Shown in pieces: positions 1 through 9,466 of a stretch of DNA of 64,000 nucleotides; position 1 is the first letter of the stretch; every line of letters begins with the position of its first letter. The notes beneath the pieces are model-generated. The model made no database searches, was not told where the DNA came from, and saw nothing but the letters and a program-made list of their open reading frames with translations. The position numbers and the translations under genes are program-made. The DNA is from Candidatus Kapaibacterium sp. (lineage in GTDB: Bacteria > Bacteroidota > Ignavibacteria > Kapaibacteriales > UBA2268): the NCBI GenBank assembly GCA_963665665.1, contig OY762428.1, positions 2,912,001 to 2,976,000 of the forward strand, written 5' to 3'.

Positions 1-740
1 TCTTCTTTATTGAACTTGAAAGAGACTAAACCAGACTTAGGGTCTTTTTTTTCGTAAGATTTAATGGCTATCGGACCTAAATTTATGCCGTTTTTGATAA
101 ATTCCAATTTTGATCTAACAATAATTTTTCCATCTAAACAGCAAATAATATTAGGAATTAATTCTTTGTTTACATTTGTAAATTCGCTTTTTAAAGAACC
201 TTTATCCATATCATTCGAATCGCCAATAATCACAAAATGAAATAAATCATTCTGTCTTTCACCTTTTCTATTTATTGATAAATTATCTCCAAGACTAACT
301 CCATTTCCAACATATGATAAGGGAACTGATTCTCTTGCCATACCGTTCATAACTTGATTAATTGCATTAACAAAGTTTTCTAAATACTTTTTGGATTTAT
401 AATAAGTTGATTTGATCTCACCAATAGCATATACAGATTCATATGGAAAATATTCAGTCCCATTTTCACTATCATAAAGAATCTGAGTTGTCGTAGAATC
501 GGCAATAATTATATCAAATTGAGGGCTAACGGATAAATTCTTATCCACTATGTGGCCATGCCCAATGTAGAATTTTTGGGGCAATCTTTTTTTCAAAAAC
601 TTTCTAATAGGTATTTCAAGTTCATCTCCACTAGCATCGATGTCACCAGTATTATGAATGATTTTTGATGAATTTCTTGCTGATTTTATTCTCTCCACTT
701 CTTGTTTGTAGATATTTTCTATTGGAAATTTTTTCATCAT
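1..740 (-). CDS. NucC-like/DUF6602 PD-(D/E)xK nuclease, truncated at window edge
   Basis: Not in ORF track; manual translation MMKKFPIENI...SGDELEIPIRKFLKKRLPQKFYIGHGHIVD...SPQFDIIIAD...FPYESVYAIGEIKS fits the NucC-type motif series; AT-rich. Confidence 0.65.
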   Translation of the reverse strand, partial: MMKKFPIENIYKQEVERIKSARNSSKIIHNTGDIDASGDELEIPIRKFLKKRLPQKFYIGHGHIVDKNLSVSPQFDIIIADSTTTQILYDSENGTEYFPYESVYAIGEIKSTYYKSKKYLENFVNAINQVMNGMARESVPLSYVGNGVSLGDNLSINRKGERQNDLFHFVIIGDSNDMDKGSLKSEFTNVNKELIPNIICCLDGKIIVRSKLEFIKNGINLGPIAIKSYEKKDPKSGLVSFKFNKE

Positions 741-875
741 TAAACTTTCAATTCATTATAATTATAAATTTATCAATATAAAATATAGAAATGTTTGGAA
801 TTTTTCAATTTATATAACAAGAATCTTTATCTCATATTCCTTATTTACTAGTAAATGTATAAAAATTTAATATTT

Positions 876-1598
876 CTATACATAAGTAATATTCGACACA
901 ACCGCCACATCTCCGTCAAGCAACTGCAAAGCCTCTGCAGAGACAATATCAGGCGGAAGAATACCTTCTACATCAAGCCCTGTACCGCCAAGTTTCCATG
1001 TGATTGCAGTAAATAAACCTACAGCGGTCAGATCAGCTTCAACAAGCCCTGAATTCTTATAGGAAACAAATGTCATTGTCAGGCTTGCCGGGTTGTTGTT
1101 CAGCTGCTGCTCAATGTCATTGTTGATCTTGCCTATCATGTGGATATAGCCGTCCGGCTTTCTGAGTGTTGCATCAGTCCTTGCTTTGTGAGAATAACCT
1201 GTACCAATAGTTATCATAAATAAAGCTCCCAGTTTTCCCTGTAATTCTTTCAAAAATGCAGTCCATGAATTGGATTCCATCGGAGCCTCATTAGCCACGA
1301 GAGTTATCTCGCCTTTGCTTGTAGCATCACTTGAAGAATCAGCCGGTGTAATATCAGTTTCATCAATACCGGACAGAATGAGATTCGTTTTCGGGAAACG
1401 AATAATAGCCCCATCAGAGCGGTTGATATCAATATTATCCGAACCGGCGGAATCAGAACCCGGTTTCATCAGCTTATATGTTGAAGACTGCAGGTTGTTG
1501 AATTTCCACAGCTCAGTTATTGTATTGCTCTCAATCAGATGTACCCAGCCAAAGGGCGAGCCAGTCAGGATTATCTTTTTATCAGTTGTAGTCGGCAT
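876..1598 (-). CDS. Phage structural protein, possible major tail/tube protein
   Basis: 240 aa, small-residue-rich, SD GGAG, in late structural operon; function inferred from position. Confidence 0.45.
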   Translation of the reverse strand: MPTTTDKKIILTGSPFGWVHLIESNTITELWKFNNLQSSTYKLMKPGSDSAGSDNIDINRSDGAIIRFPKTNLILSGIDETDITPADSSSDATSKGEITLVANEAPMESNSWTAFLKELQGKLGALFMITIGTGYSHKARTDATLRKPDGYIHMIGKINNDIEQQLNNNPASLTMTFVSYKNSGLVEADLTAVGLFTAITWKLGGTGLDVEGILPPDIVSAEALQLLDGDVAVVSNITYV

Positions 1599-1611
1599 TT
1601 CAAACTCCTAT

Positions 1612-1782
1612 CTATTTATTAATATTATCTTCTTCAATCGGAACAGCTTCGAGATTTTCCTCTTTGGTTATTGGTGAAGCCTTGATTTCGTTCAGCAAGT
1701 CAATTACCAGCTTAAATGGTTTGTCTTCCAATAGCTGTACAATCCTGTTAAGCGTTTTCTCATTAATGATGTATTCCTGCAT
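1612..1782 (-). CDS. Small phage protein, 56 aa (MQEYIINEKTLNRIVQLLEDKPF...)
   Basis: Manually translated; GAGG SD; fills the gap between two late genes. Confidence 0.7.
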   Translation of the reverse strand: MQEYIINEKTLNRIVQLLEDKPFKLVIDLLNEIKASPITKEENLEAVPIEEDNINK

Positions 1783-1792
1783 TCTTACCTCT

Positions 1793-3328
1793 TTAAATTA
1801 TTTCATTACAAACAATTCCTTCAGTGCCACCTAAATACCGGGCATGAAGATAGCCACCAAGTATCTGCCTGAATGAACCGTTCGGCAGAGTAGCTTTCCA
1901 TTTAACATCTCTTTGTCCGCATAGTTCGAGCTGGACAAACATCATCACGCTTCCCTGAAGAGAATTATTATACCATTCCGGCAATTGTTGTTGGGGGAGA
2001 GGTATGAAATTTCCACTTTCGTCAATCAATCTCCAACTGTCTCCGGGAGTATCTAGTTCAAGGGTCTGCGGATTTTCTGTTCTGTAATTCGTTACCTGGT
2101 CAGAATCATATTCAATAACCCGTAAAAACATATCAAAATGATAGAAACCGTCAAATGGGAGACCTTCATTATCATCTGCCGGAACATTGCCAGTGATGAT
2201 GGTTACAGGGGTAATACTACTCTCAGGAATATCGAATCTTTTAAACCATGACGTTTTTGCACATTTTATCACCGTCATTTTAATATGGAATAGTTCGAAA
2301 TTCTGAATTGGTATAACCGGGTTGCCATGATCATCCGGCTGGTCGGAGAGCGAGCATCCTATAAAAATATCTTCATCGGATGTGAAGATAAATTCTTCGT
2401 TGAAGCTTATAGTATCACCAGATGACCAGACGTATTCTGTTGACCGGATAAAGGTCCAGGCAGAGCTTTCATCAGACCTTGTTAGGTATTGGCAATAAAT
2501 TGGCTGTGATGTAAAATCTGTATTACAGTCATTATCTGAAGGATTTGCTCCCCATTCACCTTCGATTTTTATTTTGAAATAATAACAGGGATCACCAGTG
2601 ATTTTCAATCCTTTTGGAACATCTCCAAGCATCAGTTTATCACCTGATGAACTTGATATTAATTCATAAATCAGATGGTTCTTGCAGCATATAATTTGTT
2701 TCAGTTCCTGTGTTAAATCATTCCGGGTTAGGTAAGAATCATCCTCTTTGCGTTCAAAACTAATCAGTACCCATTTTTCAATATTGTTGTTATATGAAAA
2801 TTCAGCTTTTGTTACTTTGTCAATATTTGTATTTGTTCCTGTATCGATCTTTTTATGATTTGCCGGTATTGTCTGTGTGGAATTGTCCTTAATGTTGAAC
2901 CAGGATCCGTCTTTTGCCGTATAAACAAAACGCCTTCCCTTTAAATCATCCCAGTCTGTTACAGTTCCGGAACTGCCGATGAAATGCAGAGTGCCGAGAG
3001 TATTTGAAGAATTATCGTTGTATCCTTCCGATAAATTTATATTTGAATCTGACTGGTGTAGAAAATTGCTGGTTGCGCTTGTGACAGTATCATCATCCCT
3101 TGGATTTGCCGGATCCAGTGAATTTGTAGATTCATCGGTCCAGGATTTATTATCCCAGGTATTCCAGTTGGTGCCATCCCATACCCAAATCTTATCGTTA
3201 TAATAAACAGAATAACCCTTTTCATCAGTTCCCAATCCTGTTGGCAGAGAGCTTACATTTTCCAGTCTTCCTTTCATAATCTCAGTGAAGTTGAAGTCTG
3301 TATCATCAAGTATTGGCCTGCCTGACAT
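1793..3328 (-). CDS. Phage virion/fibre-associated protein
   Basis: Likely start MSGRPILDD at 3328 after GGAGG SD (track extends to 3427); YYNDKIWVWDGTNW motif typical of fibre N-termini. Confidence 0.6.
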   Translation of the reverse strand: MSGRPILDDTDFNFTEIMKGRLENVSSLPTGLGTDEKGYSVYYNDKIWVWDGTNWNTWDNKSWTDESTNSLDPANPRDDDTVTSATSNFLHQSDSNINLSEGYNDNSSNTLGTLHFIGSSGTVTDWDDLKGRRFVYTAKDGSWFNIKDNSTQTIPANHKKIDTGTNTNIDKVTKAEFSYNNNIEKWVLISFERKEDDSYLTRNDLTQELKQIICCKNHLIYELISSSSGDKLMLGDVPKGLKITGDPCYYFKIKIEGEWGANPSDNDCNTDFTSQPIYCQYLTRSDESSAWTFIRSTEYVWSSGDTISFNEEFIFTSDEDIFIGCSLSDQPDDHGNPVIPIQNFELFHIKMTVIKCAKTSWFKRFDIPESSITPVTIITGNVPADDNEGLPFDGFYHFDMFLRVIEYDSDQVTNYRTENPQTLELDTPGDSWRLIDESGNFIPLPQQQLPEWYNNSLQGSVMMFVQLELCGQRDVKWKATLPNGSFRQILGGYLHARYLGGTEGIVCNEII

Positions 3329-3338
3329 ATCTTCCTCC

Positions 3339-4928
3339 TTATCCGATAATAACCACTTTATAAACCTTACCGGATGCCGGAGCAGTTTTAAAAGAAAACT
3401 TAGCATTGTTGGTATCGTACCTCTCAATTAGTGGATAAGCAGAATAGCCGCTTGTGCTGTCATAAACATCTATCAGGATATCCTTTGAAGCAAGGTTGTG
3501 AGCTATCGTGAATGTTGTAGTTGCAGCATTGCCGGTGATTGTTCCAAGAACCTTCTTGTTCTTATAAGCCCCTTTGATCTGAAGCTGATTCCCGACAATT
3601 TCAAGTGTTGAATCATCTACATTTATCTTCAATCCACTGGCAGTTTTAGTAATACCGCCGGTAGCGTCAAGTTTTGCCTGTAATGTATCGCCGCTGATCT
3701 CAATTGATTGGTTATCAACATTGATATCCAATTGATTGCCTGTTTTTGATAAGCCCAAGCCAGCAACTATCTGTGATGCCCCGGTAAACTGTGTCCACGA
3801 TACGGCAGTTGTTCCAAGTGTCCCACCGTTATCAACAGTACATATCCATGCGGTATCAGCATTGACAGAGCCTTCCTCAACGAATACAGAAGCGGAAACC
3901 AATTCAGCCCAGGTATCATTATCATTTGCTCTTGACCATGAAGTGGAAGCCACAATATAAATACCATTTTGTGCGGCTGTTGTCTGATTTTTAACCAGAA
4001 TTCTGTCGCCGGCAACGAGACTTTTACCATCAATTGTCTGTGTTCCGGATAAAGTTAAATTGCCTGTTGAGGCTACACGAACGCTGTTCTTCCAGTCCAG
4101 ACCTGAAACGGCATTATCAACATAATTCTTTGTTGCGGCATCCTGCGGACTGGTTGGATCGGAAAGATTAGTAATTTTCTGACTATTCAGGTTAAGAGAT
4201 GTAGTGGGTAAAGCCATCTGGTCAAGCCTGTTCTGTCTTACTCCTGTATCGAAGTCAGTAATCTGCGTATGAACATGTGTATGAGATGGAAGATCTCCTG
4301 AACTGAGATTGGTTGCAGAAGTTACCCGGCCTTTAGCATCAACGGTTACTTTGGTATATGTTCCGGCAGCCACTCCGGTATTTGTAAGCTGAATACCATT
4401 GGATACTATCTCAATTCCACCACCGGAAACAATCCTGACATCTGCTTTGATTGAATTGCTGGCATCCGTATAGGTAAGATCAACGGAGTCAGTATCAGTA
4501 AGAGTTGATCCAACAGCATCCTGAGCGGCTTCATTGAAATTGGAGATTGTAGAAGCCGACTGTGTTCCGGTATGATTGGAACGGCTAAGGTAATATGAGC
4601 CATGCTGACTATCAAGGGTATCGGCATTATCAGCCTCTTCTACGATTCCGTCATTATCTGTATCATATACAGATTTCTGCATATCCGGATATATCCAGCT
4701 TGTAGCAGTCCTGTAGCCAAATTTACCATCGCCATTAACATTGTCAGTTTTTCCAGTATTATGCAATATCTGTCCGGCTAATGGCGATGCAGGCTCAGAA
4801 GCCAGATTCTGCACAACGGCATTCCTTATCTCGTTTTTATCCAAATCCAGATAACCTGTGCTGTTCAGGATTTTCAGGATTCCCGATAAATCTATATCAT
4901 TCAAAAATGGAATTGACGGCACACACAC
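3339..4928 (-). CDS. Phage fibre/tail-fibre-like structural protein
   Basis: Fibre motifs GTYTKVTVDAKGRVT, DAATKNYVD, LSGTQTIDG...GDRILVKNQT...NGIY; C-terminal HNL domain. Confidence 0.75.
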   Translation of the reverse strand: MCVPSIPFLNDIDLSGILKILNSTGYLDLDKNEIRNAVVQNLASEPASPLAGQILHNTGKTDNVNGDGKFGYRTATSWIYPDMQKSVYDTDNDGIVEEADNADTLDSQHGSYYLSRSNHTGTQSASTISNFNEAAQDAVGSTLTDTDSVDLTYTDASNSIKADVRIVSGGGIEIVSNGIQLTNTGVAAGTYTKVTVDAKGRVTSATNLSSGDLPSHTHVHTQITDFDTGVRQNRLDQMALPTTSLNLNSQKITNLSDPTSPQDAATKNYVDNAVSGLDWKNSVRVASTGNLTLSGTQTIDGKSLVAGDRILVKNQTTAAQNGIYIVASTSWSRANDNDTWAELVSASVFVEEGSVNADTAWICTVDNGGTLGTTAVSWTQFTGASQIVAGLGLSKTGNQLDINVDNQSIEISGDTLQAKLDATGGITKTASGLKINVDDSTLEIVGNQLQIKGAYKNKKVLGTITGNAATTTFTIAHNLASKDILIDVYDSTSGYSAYPLIERYDTNNAKFSFKTAPASGKVYKVVIIG

Positions 4929-4930
4929 CT

Positions 4931-5004
4931 CAGTTTACAGTTGACAATTGATAGTGGACAGTTTTTCTTTAACTATCAACTATCCACTGTAAACTATCAA
5001 CTAC
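4931..5004. repeat. Heptamer-repeat inverted repeat, (YAGTTGA)n...(TCAACTR)n
   Basis: cagttta-cagttga-caattga-tagtgga-cagt then actatca-actatcc-actgtaa-actatca. Confidence 0.8.
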
Positions 5005-5045
5005 TCTTGTATTATTACAGGTATTGAGTGTGGGTAGGGAGTGAG
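4987..5045 (-). promoter_or_regulatory. Putative late promoter P1
   Basis: Sense CTCACTCCCTACCCACACTCAATACCT-N5-AATAC-N12-TAGTTTACAG; one of four copies. Confidence 0.7.
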
Positions 5046-5101
5046 GTTTATATTTCTACAAATCCAGTTAATTCTCATGGAAAGCTATGGCTCTTATAAA
5101 A

Positions 5102-5140
5102 AGAAAAAGCTGAACCTTTTATTGAGATTCCAGTTTTTCT
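5102..5140 (-). terminator. Probable intrinsic terminator after ompA-like moron
   Basis: Imperfect hairpin with A/T tails; shares TTGAGATTCC with the 15458-15489 hairpin. Confidence 0.45.
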
Positions 5141-5184
5141 GTGAATACCTTGGCAGATGAGGATTTGAAGAAAAATTAGCATTG

Positions 5185-6546
5185 CTACTTTAAAAATTTA
5201 AATTCTACCCTTCTGTTTTTTGCTTTGCCTTCATCAGTTTTATTATCTGCAATAGGTTTAGATTCTCCATATCCAATAGCAATAAGATTATTTTTGTTAA
5301 TACCTTTTTTGATTAAATAGTTTACAACTGATTGGGCCCTTGATTGTGACAAACGTTTGTTGTAGGAGTCGCTGCCATCACTATCAGTATGACCGGAAAT
5401 TTCTACCTTAACATTTGGATATTCCTTAAGCAATTCAACTAATCTATCGAGTTCGGAATATGATTCGGGCCTCAAATCCGATTTATTATATTCAAAAAAG
5501 ATATTGTTTACAGTAATACTCCCATCCCAGGGTTTCTTCATTATAATGTCTTTAGTTATGGTAGTTTCTTTCTTTTGACCTTTCAACATTGCATTATCAG
5601 ATATGCTTGAGTATCCCTTCTTTTGAAAATAAAATGCATAATTCGAGCCTATAGGAACTTTGAATTCATAGCTCCCATCAGACGGCGAACTATTTGTAGT
5701 TCCTATTTCAACATTTTTATAATTCTCGCTCATCAGCTCCCACCCTACTTTAACTTCCAAAGGCGATCCGTTCGTCGTTTTTACAGTTCCTTTTACGGTT
5801 GCAAAGACAGGCGTTCCTTCGCCAAAAAGCTTTAGTATTGCAGGCTGCGTCTGGTTTTCATAACTTACGATTATTCTGCCGTCCGTCCTTCCGTCCTTCA
5901 CGGGAGCAAAACCGATATTCAATTCTTTGGTTTCATTCGGAGCCAAAGAAAAAGGAGTAAATTTATCGGTTAAAGAAAACTGCGAACCGGACTCGTTATC
6001 GATCGAAATTGAAGTAATTTTTATCGGACTTGTACCTATATTTTTTATCGCTTTCGATATAGCCCTGTCCGATTGAGAAAATATCGGGACTTTGCCAAAA
6101 TCGACAATTCCGGAATAAACTTCGATTTTCGCCTCGACGCTCTCGCCCGAGATTTTATAGATCAGCGTATCGGCCTGCGTTACTATAACGACGTCGGCCG
6201 TTTTCATTCCTGAGCTTTGCGGATTAAAGCGAAACTCGATATCCCTGCCAGAATTCGACGGAATAGAAAAGGGGAACACATACGTCAAAAGCCGGAAATC
6301 ATTAGCATGATCTCCGGCAATAGTAATATTATCAATCCTAACAGCAAACTTTCCCGTATTTTGTAAATAACCGGCAAAAACGGAATCCTTTTTTGTATTA
6401 TTCAATACTTGCCCGAAATCAATATCCATTGCCGACGCTTTGGGAACGATAATTGAAAGTCGATTGTCTGATTTGTCCTGGATTTGAGCTAAAGTCTCAA
6501 TATGTAGAGACAACAGCAAAACAATATATAAAATTAAATATTTCAT
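5185..6546 (-). CDS. OmpA-family protein with two ASH/Ig-like domains (moron)
   Basis: Signal peptide; C-terminal NNIFFEYNKS...ISGHTDSDG...NKRLSQSRA...KNRRVEF OmpA peptidoglycan-binding domain. Confidence 0.85.
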   Translation of the reverse strand: MKYLILYIVLLLSLHIETLAQIQDKSDNRLSIIVPKASAMDIDFGQVLNNTKKDSVFAGYLQNTGKFAVRIDNITIAGDHANDFRLLTYVFPFSIPSNSGRDIEFRFNPQSSGMKTADVVIVTQADTLIYKISGESVEAKIEVYSGIVDFGKVPIFSQSDRAISKAIKNIGTSPIKITSISIDNESGSQFSLTDKFTPFSLAPNETKELNIGFAPVKDGRTDGRIIVSYENQTQPAILKLFGEGTPVFATVKGTVKTTNGSPLEVKVGWELMSENYKNVEIGTTNSSPSDGSYEFKVPIGSNYAFYFQKKGYSSISDNAMLKGQKKETTITKDIIMKKPWDGSITVNNIFFEYNKSDLRPESYSELDRLVELLKEYPNVKVEISGHTDSDGSDSYNKRLSQSRAQSVVNYLIKKGINKNNLIAIGYGESKPIADNKTDEGKAKNRRVEFKFLK

Positions 6547-6570
6547 TCTTATATCCTTAATAATTTCAAA

Positions 6571-8652
6571 TTAATCCCGGACGCAGCGAACCGAATTCCC
6601 GCACGCCTTACCACTTTCTCGTCTCCCTATTTTAGATGAGGAAATTCCCCTTTCCCAAGCAAGAGTATCGTCTGATTCTGTGGCTGTCCACCAATAACCG
6701 ATACCTCCTTGCCAACCAAAGATATTAAATCTATAACCTCCCGGAACAGCAGAAAAACCGGTTTTATCAAAATTTTTATTTCTCATCAATATTTCTTCAT
6801 CTTCATAACGAAAAGTCCATAAATCCGGTTCCCCCGCCAACTGCGCGCCTTGGTCTGATCCTCGCTCATATTCTTTATCAGCTTCAGACCGGCTCATCCC
6901 AAGACACATTTCAAGTTCTTTCCATTCTTCGTCGGTGGGCACGTGCCAGCCCTCGGGCGCTAAACCGCGAGGGTCGTTCACAGCATACCAATTGTAAAGC
7001 TTACCGTAGATTTCTCCATTAGCAGGATCATTGTTGTAATAGCACCATGCTCCGGTTTTCAGGTTTTCCCATTCTTCGGTGTCCTTCACTTCAGGAATTG
7101 GATCCCCATTGCGGTACCGGTCAACATTCAGATTGCAGCCCATCCATATCTTGCCGCATATCTCCACATCGTTTTCACAACCTGTGTATTCTTCATACAT
7201 CGCCTTTGCTGTTGCTCTTACCCATACTTTATTACTCGGATAATTTGGCACCCGCCACCTGTATGCCAGACCACTTGCGGTGTCAGTAATCTGATTCCAG
7301 TTCTTCCCGTCATCAATAGTGTATTCTAATTTCACATAATCGGCAGGCGATACGCCCTCCCATGTTATTGTTGTATCGCTGCCTGCAACTAATTCTTCGC
7401 CGCCATTAGGAAAGACTATTTTGATATTTTGAGTTATCAGTGATTTCTTTTTTATATCGCCACCGGAAACATAGAAATATTTGCCATAGCATGAGTTGCT
7501 TTCAATTTCAAATCTGGAAAAAGCATATGATGAATCGTCTGGGCTGAATTCTATTCTCAATTCTCTTGTTTCGCCTGGTAACAGTGAAAATGGAGGATTT
7601 GTCCCCCCGTAATCAATTATTGTCATCTTTGGGTTACTGCTAATTATTGATTTAACATTTACAGGCTCAACCTGTGCAGTGATTGAGATTTTTTCAGTAT
7701 ATGTCTTTCCCGATTCCTTTATTCCAAATTTAATTGAAGCAGATGGAGAAAACTTCAGCTTAGGCAGTTTGTCGTAAGAGACGGAATAACTGAAATCTGT
7801 CATAAGTCCAATATCCGATATTGATAATTCTGCTTTCCTTTTTGTCGGACATCCTCCGCTTATCCATTCGATTTCGCATGGGTCGCCGCCCTGGGCAAAC
7901 ATAAGAATGCTTTTATAAATATCTTCTGCCTGTTTTTCAGTTGTAACGTTATCGAAATACATTCCGCCGGTCTTTTTCGATATCTCCTTAAGCAAGTCAG
8001 GTGTTGGGTTATCGACTGTAACACAATAGACTGTAGCGCTGATATCATTTGCTTTTTCAATTATTTCTTCTTGATTACCACTTGCAAAGCCGTCAGTAAA
8101 CAAAACAACAACCTTTTTATATTTTCCTTGTTCTGCAACCCGCAAAGCCCCGGCGCTCCTATCTATAAAAGCCGCGTCAAAATCTGTCCCGTCGTTGCAA
8201 TTCAGGCTTTGTATGCTGTTTATCAATTCTGCTCTATTATGCGAAAAATCAGAAATGAAAAAATTATCCGATTCGAACCCTGTAATAGCACATTCTGATG
8301 TTCCAAGTGGTAAAAGTTTTAGCCAGGTAGTTGCAGCTGCTTTCAGAATATCCATCGAACGACCACACATCGAGCCGGATAAATCAACTGTTAAAACTGC
8401 AGATATGGGTTGAGAAGGCTGTGGCGCAGGACAATTAATATTTGTAATTTGTCTTTCAATTCTATCCTCTTTAAGAATCAGCGTATAATTCGACAAATTG
8501 CTCATTACCGTTCCATCATCATCAACTACAAAACATTTGGCTTTCATTTCCGGAAATGTTGAGGCATCGATATCGAATACAGTAATATCTTGTGCCATAA
8601 TTGAGGATGATAGAATAAAAAGCAAGAAAAATTTGACTAATATTTTTCTCAT
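6571..8652 (-). CDS. Secreted VWA + Ig + FISUMP (Fib_succ_major) domain protein (moron)
   Basis: MIDAS DLSGSM...TDG; FPNGGE Ig domain; WMGCNLNV...YGKLYNWYAV...PEGWHVP...GNSVRCVRD; ATG 8652 preferred over TTG 8664. Confidence 0.85.
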   Translation of the reverse strand: MRKILVKFFLLFILSSSIMAQDITVFDIDASTFPEMKAKCFVVDDDGTVMSNLSNYTLILKEDRIERQITNINCPAPQPSQPISAVLTVDLSGSMCGRSMDILKAAATTWLKLLPLGTSECAITGFESDNFFISDFSHNRAELINSIQSLNCNDGTDFDAAFIDRSAGALRVAEQGKYKKVVVLFTDGFASGNQEEIIEKANDISATVYCVTVDNPTPDLLKEISKKTGGMYFDNVTTEKQAEDIYKSILMFAQGGDPCEIEWISGGCPTKRKAELSISDIGLMTDFSYSVSYDKLPKLKFSPSASIKFGIKESGKTYTEKISITAQVEPVNVKSIISSNPKMTIIDYGGTNPPFSLLPGETRELRIEFSPDDSSYAFSRFEIESNSCYGKYFYVSGGDIKKKSLITQNIKIVFPNGGEELVAGSDTTITWEGVSPADYVKLEYTIDDGKNWNQITDTASGLAYRWRVPNYPSNKVWVRATAKAMYEEYTGCENDVEICGKIWMGCNLNVDRYRNGDPIPEVKDTEEWENLKTGAWCYYNNDPANGEIYGKLYNWYAVNDPRGLAPEGWHVPTDEEWKELEMCLGMSRSEADKEYERGSDQGAQLAGEPDLWTFRYEDEEILMRNKNFDKTGFSAVPGGYRFNIFGWQGGIGYWWTATESDDTLAWERGISSSKIGRRESGKACGNSVRCVRD

Positions 8653-8732
8653 GATAATTTCCAATCTTATTTCCCAAAATAATTCAAATTAACATATTTT
8701 TGGGAAAAAAAAAAACGAGATTGTTTTTCAAC

Positions 8733-9020
8733 TTAATTACAAACCGCCACTCCGGCAAAAGCAAACTTGAACTCGATTTGAAGCTCATTCTCAGAGATAT
8801 GCTCTATATGCCCGTAAACGACATTGCCGGAGCTGTCGAGGGAAGAAACGGAAGGCCTTTTATTGAGATTGTGGGTAACTGTCCAGATTTGGCTTGCTGT
8901 TAGCTGTTCGTGGATATAGTGGACATCGGCAATACCCGGTTCAAGATCATCAGGTTTGATCTTACCGAGCTTGTTGAATTTGATCTCGCCATTCTCTATA
9001 TCTGCTTTTTGGACAAACAT
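8733..9020 (-). CDS. Small phage structural protein (THNL domain)
   Basis: WTVTHNLNKRPSV motif related to the C-terminus of 3339-4928. Confidence 0.65.
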   Translation of the reverse strand: MFVQKADIENGEIKFNKLGKIKPDDLEPGIADVHYIHEQLTASQIWTVTHNLNKRPSVSSLDSSGNVVYGHIEHISENELQIEFKFAFAGVAVCN

Positions 9021-9466
9021 TACTTAGTCAGGCTCCCGACAGTGAACCCAACAGCGACACCGCCGATAATATAAACCGGAGTTTCCCACCACGAGCGTTC
9101 TCTCATGATTTCTTTGGTGATATAAATAGTCTGAATCATTGTGCTGTCCGGTTTCTTCCTAATCATCAGATCAAAGCTATTTTCCGGGAACTCGTATTTT
9201 GCATAAACCGTATCCCTTTTGATAACCGTGTCAACCACAGCTACAAATGGCTTTGTCTCAATCATAGTATCCCGTTTGTAGATGATTTTCGGCTTAATCT
9301 TCTCAATAACTATCGGTTCGGATTCCTTAATAATCAGAACTGTATCCTTCCGGATAATGGTATTGGTAATCGGCTCGCAATGCTTAGTTGACCTTCCGAG
9401 AAAGAATGACAATGCAATCATTACGAGAATCAGGATTGTTCCGGCTATGTATTTGTATTTTTCCAT
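9020..9466 (-). CDS. Spanin-like membrane protein of lysis cassette
   Basis: N- and C-terminal hydrophobic segments, RDT repeats, follows endolysin. Confidence 0.5.
   Translation of the reverse strand: MEKYKYIAGTILILVMIALSFFLGRSTKHCEPITNTIIRKDTVLIIKESEPIVIEKIKPKIIYKRDTMIETKPFVAVVDTVIKRDTVYAKYEFPENSFDLMIRKKPDSTMIQTIYITKEIMRERSWWETPVYIIGGVAVGFTVGSLTK

Noticed and set aside
3329-3427. N-terminal extension of ORF 1793-3427
   Set aside because: Overlaps the upstream gene; a strong SD supports ATG 3328
6571-6800. DGR variable region in the FISUMP C-terminus
   Set aside because: FISUMP domains can be DGR targets, but no reverse transcriptase, Avd or template repeat was seen in the window; trans-acting elements elsewhere are not excluded
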